NCBI RefSeq assembly: GCF_000012905.2 | Contig: NC_007493.2 | Coordinates: forward strand, 690,001 to 722,000 | Origin: Cereibacter sphaeroides 2.4.1 | GTDB lineage: Bacteria > Pseudomonadota > Alphaproteobacteria > Rhodobacterales > Rhodobacteraceae | Direction: 5' to 3' | DNA: 32,000 nucleotides | In this document: one piece after another, positions 26,850 to 32,000 of the stretch | How the letters are laid out: every line of letters begins with the position of its first letter | Position numbering within the stretch: position 1 is the stretch's first letter | Made by a program: the position numbers and the translations under genes | The notes under the pieces: model-generated | What the model was told of the DNA's origin: nothing | The model's input: only the letters and a program-made list of their open reading frames with translations | Databases searched by the model: none

Positions 26850-27770
26850 GTGCAGAGCACTCTGAAATCCGCAGCGAAATTCACCGGCGTCGGGCTCCAT
26901 TCCGGCGAGCCTGTCCGCATGGTCGTGAAGCCCGCCTCCGCCGACTACGGCATCTGGTTCCGCCGCGTGGACGTGACCTCGGGCGACGCGCTGATCCCGG
27001 CGCGCTGGGACGCGGTGGTGCCCTCGCGCCTCTGCACCTTGATCGCGAATCCCTCGGGCGTGACGGTCTCGACCATCGAGCATGTGATGGCGGCCCTCGC
27101 CGGCTGCGGCATTCACAATGCGCTGATCGAGATCGACGGCCCCGAGGTTCCGATCCTCGACGGCTCGTCGGTGCCCTTCGTCGAGGCCTTCCTCGCCCGC
27201 GGCATCCGCGAACAGGCCGAGCCGGTGCGGGCGATCCGCATCCTCGAGCCGGTCGAAGTGCGCGAAGGCGAGGCGGTGGCCCGGCTCGAGCCCGCCGACG
27301 ATTTCGAGATCGACTTCTCGATCGAATTCGCCGAGGCGGCCATCGGCCGTCAGGAGAAGTCGCTCAACATGGCCAATGGCGCCTTCGTGCGCGAGCTCTG
27401 CGACAGCCGCACCTTCTGCCGTCAGGCGGATGTGGATGCGATGCGCGCGAACGGTCTCGCCCTCGGCGGCACCTTCGAGAATGCCGTCGTGTTCGAGGGC
27501 GACCGCATCCTCTCGCCGGGCGGCCTGCGCCATGCCGACGAGCCGGTGCGCCACAAGATGCTCGACGCGCTCGGCGACCTTTCGCTCGCGGGCGGCCCGA
27601 TCATCGGCCGCTACACCGGCATCCGCGCCGGCCACGCGCTGACCAACCGGCTGCTGCGGACGCTCTTCGCCCGCCGCGACGCTTTCCGTCTCGTGGACTG
27701 CGGCCTCATGACGGGCTGCAAGCTGCCGGGCGTGGGCGTCCACCGGTCGGACGTCCCTGCACTGCGCTGA
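26850..27770 (+). CDS. lpxC: UDP-3-O-acyl-N-acetylglucosamine deacetylase LpxC
   Basis: 306 aa with a GTG start. Motifs TGVGLHSGEPV, STIEHVMAAL and RHADEPVRHKMLDALGDL. Confidence 0.94.
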   Translation: MQSTLKSAAKFTGVGLHSGEPVRMVVKPASADYGIWFRRVDVTSGDALIPARWDAVVPSRLCTLIANPSGVTVSTIEHVMAALAGCGIHNALIEIDGPEVPILDGSSVPFVEAFLARGIREQAEPVRAIRILEPVEVREGEAVARLEPADDFEIDFSIEFAEAAIGRQEKSLNMANGAFVRELCDSRTFCRQADVDAMRANGLALGGTFENAVVFEGDRILSPGGLRHADEPVRHKMLDALGDLSLAGGPIIGRYTGIRAGHALTNRLLRTLFARRDAFRLVDCGLMTGCKLPGVGVHRSDVPALR

Positions 27771-27780
27771 TCCTGGCGAC

Positions 27781-27813
27781 GGGGCGCAAAGGCGTTTTGC
27801 GCCCCGGATTTTT
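27781..27813 (+). terminator. Rho-independent terminator after lpxC
   Basis: Stem GGGGCGCAAA (27781-27790) / TTTGCGCCCC (27796-27805), 10 bp with a 5-nt loop, followed by GGATTTTT. Confidence 0.75.
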
Positions 27814-27884
27814 CTGTGCTAGGAACCGGGCAAACAGCCGTCGGGCTATGGTCTGACGGGGCAGAGGGCAGAGGTAAGCGGAAC

Positions 27885-28721
27885 ATGGTGAAGTCTGGCG
27901 CGCGGTTGCTCGGCACGGCCCTCTGTGTCGCGCTGATGGCCGGCTGTGGTGGGGGCAGCCAGAAAGAGCCGCCTCTGGAGAATTTCACCGCCGAGCAGAT
28001 CTATCAGCGCGGCGAATACGAGCTCGAGGCCCGCACCAAGCCCGACCGCGCGATCCGCTATTTCTCCGAGGTGGAGCGCCTTTATCCCTACACGGAATGG
28101 GCCAAGCGCGCGCTCATCATGCAGGCCTACAGCTATCACAAGGCCAAGGACTACGAAGAGGCGCGCGGTGCCGCGCAGCGATTCCTCGACTTCTATCCGG
28201 GGGACGAGGATGCGGCCTATGCGCAGTATCTGCTGGCGCTGTCCTATTACGACCAGATCGACGAGGTGGGCCGCGACCAGGGCCTGACCTTCCAGGCGCT
28301 GCAGGCGCTGCGCGTCGTGATCGAGGATTATCCCGAGAGCGAATATGCCCAGTCCGCGATCCTGAAGTTCGATCTGGCCTTCGACCATCTCGCCGCCAAG
28401 GAGATGGAGATCGGCCGCTACTACCTCAAGCGCGGCCATTACACCGCCGCGATCAACCGCTTCCGCACCGTGGTCGAGGATTTCCAGACCACGACCCACA
28501 CGGCCGAGGCGCTGCACCGACTGGTGGAAAGCTACCTCGCCCTCGGGCTCGTCAACGAGGCGCAGACCGCCGGCGCGATCCTCGGGCACAACTACCGCTC
28601 GAGCCCGTTCTACGAGGACAGCTACAAGCTCCTCACCGGGCGCGGCCTCTCGATGGAGGCCAAGGGCGACAGCTGGCTCTCGAAGGTCTATCGCCAGATG
28701 ATCCGCGGCGAGTGGCTCTGA
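27885..28721 (+). CDS. bamD: Outer membrane protein assembly factor BamD (lipoprotein, TPR)
   Basis: 278 aa from the ATG at 27885. The lipoprotein signal is MVKSGARLLGTALCVALMAGC, with lipobox LMAGC. TPR-like repeats include YAQYLLALSYY and EMEIGRYYLKRGHYTAA. The 27816 start would put 23 non-signal residues before the signal peptide. Confidence 0.9.
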   Translation: MVKSGARLLGTALCVALMAGCGGGSQKEPPLENFTAEQIYQRGEYELEARTKPDRAIRYFSEVERLYPYTEWAKRALIMQAYSYHKAKDYEEARGAAQRFLDFYPGDEDAAYAQYLLALSYYDQIDEVGRDQGLTFQALQALRVVIEDYPESEYAQSAILKFDLAFDHLAAKEMEIGRYYLKRGHYTAAINRFRTVVEDFQTTTHTAEALHRLVESYLALGLVNEAQTAGAILGHNYRSSPFYEDSYKLLTGRGLSMEAKGDSWLSKVYRQMIRGEWL

Positions 28722-28748
28722 CGCGCGCGAACCTCACGAGGCAGGGCA

Positions 28749-30389
28749 ATGCTGCGCTCGCTTGACATCCGCGACATGCTCATCATCGACCGGCTCTCGC
28801 TGGCCTTCCAGCCGGGGCTGAACGTGCTCACCGGCGAGACGGGGGCGGGCAAGTCGATCCTGCTCGACTCGCTGGGCTTCGTGCTGGGCTGGCGCGGCCG
28901 GGCCGAACTCGTGCGCGCGGGCGCGGACAAGGGCGAGGTGACGGCCGTCTTCGACCTGCCGCCCGGCCATGCCGCCCGCGCCGTGCTCGACGAGGCGGGG
29001 ATCGAGGCCGAGGACGAGCTGATCCTGCGCCGCGTGAATTTCGCCGACGGCCGCAAGACCGCCTGGGTCAATGACCGCCGGGTGTCGGGCGAGGTGCTGC
29101 GGGGCCTGTCGGACCGGCTGGTGGAGCTGCATGGTCAGCACGATGACCGCGGCCTTCTGAACCCGCGCGGCCATCGGCAGATGCTCGACACATTCGCGGG
29201 GCTCGACCTCTCGGCCTGCCGCCGCGCCTGGACGGCGCTCGGCACCGCGCGGCGTACGCTGCTGGCCGCCGAGGAAGCGCTGGCCGCCGTGCGCGCCGAA
29301 GAGGATTTCCTGCGGCACGCCGTGGCCGAGCTCGACAAGCTCGATCCGCAGCCGGGCGAAGAGGCGCTGCTCGACACCCGCCGCCGCGAGATGCAGGGCG
29401 CCGAGAAGATCCGCGACGACATCGCCCGCGCCCATCGCGCGCTCTCCGCCGAGGGGGCCGAGACGCTGCTGGTCGATGCGCTGCGCTGGCTCGAGACCGC
29501 CTCCGACCGGGCCGGCAACCGGCTGGAGGCGCCGCTCGCCGCGCTGTCGCGCGCGCTGCTGGAGCTGGGCGAGGCGCAGGACGGGGTAGAAGCCTGCCTC
29601 GCCGATCTCGACTTCGACCCGCGCGATCTCGAGGCGCTGGAAGAGCGGCTCTTCGCGATCCGGGCGCTGGCGCGGAAACATTCAGTGCTGCCCGACGAAC
29701 TCGGCACCTTCGCCGAGGAGCTGCGCGGCCGTCTGGCAGCGCTCGACGGCGGCACGAAGCAGATCGACGCGCTGCGCCGGGCGCTGGCCGAGGCGGAAGC
29801 CGCGTGGGAGGCCGAGGCCGCGATCCTCTCCGAGGCGCGCCGCGGGGCCGCGGGCCGGCTCGATGCCGCCATGGCCGCCGAACTCGCGCCGCTCAAGATG
29901 GAGCGCGCGGTGTTCGAGACGCAGGTGACGGAGGCCGATCCCGGCCCCGAGGGGCGCGACGCTGTGGCCTTCACGGTGGCCACCAACCCCGGCGCGCCCG
30001 CGGGGCCCCTGAACCGCATCGCCTCGGGCGGCGAGCTCTCGCGCTTCCTGCTGGCGCTCAAGGTCTGTCTGACGGGCGACAGCCCGGGCCTCACGCTGAT
30101 CTTCGACGAGATCGACCGCGGGGTAGGGGGCGCCACCGCCGACGCCGTGGGGCGGCGCCTGAAGGCGCTGGCCGAGGGTGCGCAGGTGCTGGTCGTGACC
30201 CACTCGCCGCAGGTGGCCGCCCTCGGGGCGCATCACTGGCGAGTCGAGAAGCGGGTGGCGCATGGCATGACCACCTCGACCGTGAGCCCGCTCGGCGCGG
30301 GCGACCGGATCGAGGAGATCGCCCGGATGCTCGCAGGCGACACGATCACCGATGCCGCGCGCGAGGCGGCCCGCGCGCTGCTCGACTGA
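28749..30389 (+). CDS. recN: DNA repair protein RecN
   Basis: 546 aa. Walker A GETGAGKS, a long coiled-coil middle, the signature ASGGELSR and Walker B LIFDEID. Confidence 0.95.
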   Translation: MLRSLDIRDMLIIDRLSLAFQPGLNVLTGETGAGKSILLDSLGFVLGWRGRAELVRAGADKGEVTAVFDLPPGHAARAVLDEAGIEAEDELILRRVNFADGRKTAWVNDRRVSGEVLRGLSDRLVELHGQHDDRGLLNPRGHRQMLDTFAGLDLSACRRAWTALGTARRTLLAAEEALAAVRAEEDFLRHAVAELDKLDPQPGEEALLDTRRREMQGAEKIRDDIARAHRALSAEGAETLLVDALRWLETASDRAGNRLEAPLAALSRALLELGEAQDGVEACLADLDFDPRDLEALEERLFAIRALARKHSVLPDELGTFAEELRGRLAALDGGTKQIDALRRALAEAEAAWEAEAAILSEARRGAAGRLDAAMAAELAPLKMERAVFETQVTEADPGPEGRDAVAFTVATNPGAPAGPLNRIASGGELSRFLLALKVCLTGDSPGLTLIFDEIDRGVGGATADAVGRRLKALAEGAQVLVVTHSPQVAALGAHHWRVEKRVAHGMTTSTVSPLGAGDRIEEIARMLAGDTITDAAREAARALLD

Positions 30390-30399
30390 CCGGCGCGCC

Positions 30400-30792
30400 T
30401 TAGCCCTCGACCACCGTGAAATGCAGCGTGACGGCGTCGCTTCCCGCCTTGCGCGCGAGCAGCACGGCCGTCAGCACCGCCCCGATCCGCCCCGCGTCGC
30501 GCCCTTCGGCATCGACCAGCCCCGAGAGCACGAAGCGCTGATGGACCAGCGTCGCCCCGGGCCCGAGCGGCCGCAGGTCGGTCTTGCCGGTCACCAGCCG
30601 CGAGCGGGCGAAGGCGCCCGACAGTTCGGCCTTCAGCGCGGCGAGGATCTCCTTGCGCCCCTCGCACCAGAGGCCGGTGAGGGTGAGCATGGTCGCATCC
30701 TGCGCCAGAAGCTCGGACAGGGCCTCGGCATCGCGGGCGGCCCAGAGGGCGGCGAAGCGGCGGTGGAAATCTTCCGGTGTGGGCGCGCTCAT
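30400..30792 (-). CDS. SnoaL-like / NTF2-fold protein (DUF4440 or SgcJ/EcaC-type)
   Basis: 130 aa from the ATG at 30792, which overlaps the stop of the upstream oxidase (ATGA). The sequence FHRRFAALWAARDAEALSELLAQDATMLT... fits the NTF2-like pattern. The 284-aa ORF-track version overlaps the oxidase out of frame. Confidence 0.7.
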   Translation of the reverse strand: MSAPTPEDFHRRFAALWAARDAEALSELLAQDATMLTLTGLWCEGRKEILAALKAELSGAFARSRLVTGKTDLRPLGPGATLVHQRFVLSGLVDAEGRDAGRIGAVLTAVLLARKAGSDAVTLHFTVVEG

Positions 30793-32000
30793 GCCGAAGC
30801 CACCATCTTGCCGGGATTCAGCAGCCCCAGCGGATCGAGCGCCTGCTTGATCGCGCCCATCACCGCCCAGCCCGCGCCATGTTCGGCCTCCATGTAGCCG
30901 AGTTTGCCGAAGCCGATCCCGTGCTCGCCCGTGACCGTCCCGCCGAGCCGCAGCGCCCGCTCGGCCATCCGGCCCGACAGGCGCTTCGCCTCGGCCAGCT
31001 CCTCCGCGCTCTGGGGATCGACCAGCAGGATCGCATGGAAGTTGCCGTCGCCCACATGGCCGAGAATCGGTCCCGGCACCGGGCTCGCCGCGAGATCGGC
31101 CTGCGTCTCCTCGACCGCCTCGGCCAGCCGCGAGATCGGCACGCAGACATCCGTGACCCAGCCCTCGGCGCCGGGGCGCAGCGCGAGGCAGGCGCGGTAG
31201 GCCGCGTGGCGCATCTTCCAGAGCCGCGCCCGGTCCTCGGTCCGCGTGGCCCACTGGAAGTCCGCAGACCCGTGCTCGGCCGCGATCTCGCCGAAGCGCT
31301 CCGCCTGCTCGGCCACGCCCGCCTCGGTGCCGTGGAACTCGATCAGCAGATGCGGCACCGCCGGCATCTCCATCTGCGCATAGGCGTTGCAGGCGGTGAC
31401 CGAAGCCGCATCGAGAAATTCGATCCGCGCCATCGGGATGCCGTGCTGGATCGTTTCGATCACGCAGCCCACCGCCGCGCCCATGTCGGGGAAGGCGCAG
31501 ACGGCGGCCGACACCGCCTCGGGCTGGCCGTGAAGCCGCAGCGTGAGCTCGGTGATGAGGCCGAGCGTGCCTTCCGACCCCACCATCAGCGCGGTCAGAT
31601 CGTAGCCCGAGGAGCTCTTCGGCGCCGCGGTGCCGGTGCGGATCACCCGCCCGTCGGACAGCACCACCTCGAGCCCCAGCACATTGTCGCGCATCGTGCC
31701 GTAGCGCACCGCCGTCGTCCCCGAGGCGCGGGTCGCGGCCATGCCGCCGAGGCTGGCATCGGCGCCGGGATCGACCGGGAAGAACAGGCCCGTGTCGCGC
31801 AGCGCCGCGTTCAGCCCCTCGCGGGTGAGGCCGGGCTGGACGCGCACGATCATGTCCTCGGGTCGCAGCTCGAGGATCCGGTCCATCTGGGCGAAGTCGA
31901 TGGTGACCCCGCCTTTCAGCGCCAGCGCGTGCCCTTCGAGCGAGGTGCCCGCGCCCCAGCCCACCATCGGCACGCGGTGAGCGGTGCAGATCTCGGCGAT
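30789..32000 (-). CDS. FAD-linked oxidase (GlcD / D-lactate dehydrogenase family), 5'-truncated by the window edge
   Basis: The reading frame stays open past the ORF-track ATG to the window edge (...IAEICTAHRVPMVGWGAGTSLEGH...). The FAD-binding PCMH region and the C-terminus HGIGFGKLGYMEAEHG...LDPLGLLNPGK are typical of the family. Confidence 0.88.
   Translation of the reverse strand: MAEICTAHRVPMVGWGAGTSLEGHALALKGGVTIDFAQMDRILELRPEDMIVRVQPGLTREGLNAALRDTGLFFPVDPGADASLGGMAATRASGTTAVRYGTMRDNVLGLEVVLSDGRVIRTGTAAPKSSSGYDLTALMVGSEGTLGLITELTLRLHGQPEAVSAAVCAFPDMGAAVGCVIETIQHGIPMARIEFLDAASVTACNAYAQMEMPAVPHLLIEFHGTEAGVAEQAERFGEIAAEHGSADFQWATRTEDRARLWKMRHAAYRACLALRPGAEGWVTDVCVPISRLAEAVEETQADLAASPVPGPILGHVGDGNFHAILLVDPQSAEELAEAKRLSGRMAERALRLGGTVTGEHGIGFGKLGYMEAEHGAGWAVMGAIKQALDPLGLLNPGKMVASA

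Noticed and set aside
16663-30263. Antisense or out-of-frame ORFs opposite ftsW, murG, murC, murB, ddl, ftsQ, ftsA, ftsZ, lpxC, bamD and recN (for example 422 aa, 402 aa, 494 aa, 306 aa, 316 aa, 431 aa, 633 aa, 319 aa, 315 aa, 333 aa)
   Set aside because: These are shadow ORFs in GC-rich DNA. None shows protein-like composition or motifs, and the sense genes are unambiguous.

Overview
Very GC-rich alphaproteobacterial chromosome segment. Gene content, protein sequences and two signature RNA loci point to Rhodobacteraceae, most likely the Cereibacter/Rhodobacter sphaeroides group.

Layout, left to right:
- 3' end of uvrD (+)
- benE-family transporter (-)
- on the minus strand, an intrinsic terminator, seven tandem CcsR/cuckoo-type anti-Shine-Dalgarno sRNA units, and the DUF1127 gene (ccaF1-like) that heads them
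- apbC/mrp (+)
- about 0.9 kb of non-coding DNA with phased TGGGA repeats (MraZ-box-like) and an UpsM-like terminated leader
- a complete dcw cluster: mraZ-rsmH-ftsL-ftsI-murE-murF-mraY-[acidic BON protein]-murD-[GFA protein]-[SRPBCC protein, opposite strand]-ftsW-murG-murC-[small membrane protein]-murB-ddl-ftsQ-ftsA-ftsZ
- lpxC, bamD, recN (+)
- a SnoaL-like gene and a FAD-linked oxidase (-), convergent with recN

I saw no tRNA/rRNA, CRISPR, transposase, integrase or phage genes. This is core genome, and I do not see a convincing new multi-gene protein system.

The unusual content is mostly non-coding:
1. The CcsR-type array is expanded to 7 units (14 CCUCCUCC loops). Five of the units are near-identical 114/115-bp copies.
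2. TGGGA-N5-TGGGA motifs are scattered over about 450 bp upstream of mraZ, in both orientations.
3. An intrinsic terminator/attenuator sits inside the mraZ leader.
4. Four accessory genes are embedded in the dcw cluster. One is antisense to the cluster, and one has its SD sequestered in a hairpin.

All family assignments come from reading the translations and from memory. No searches were run.
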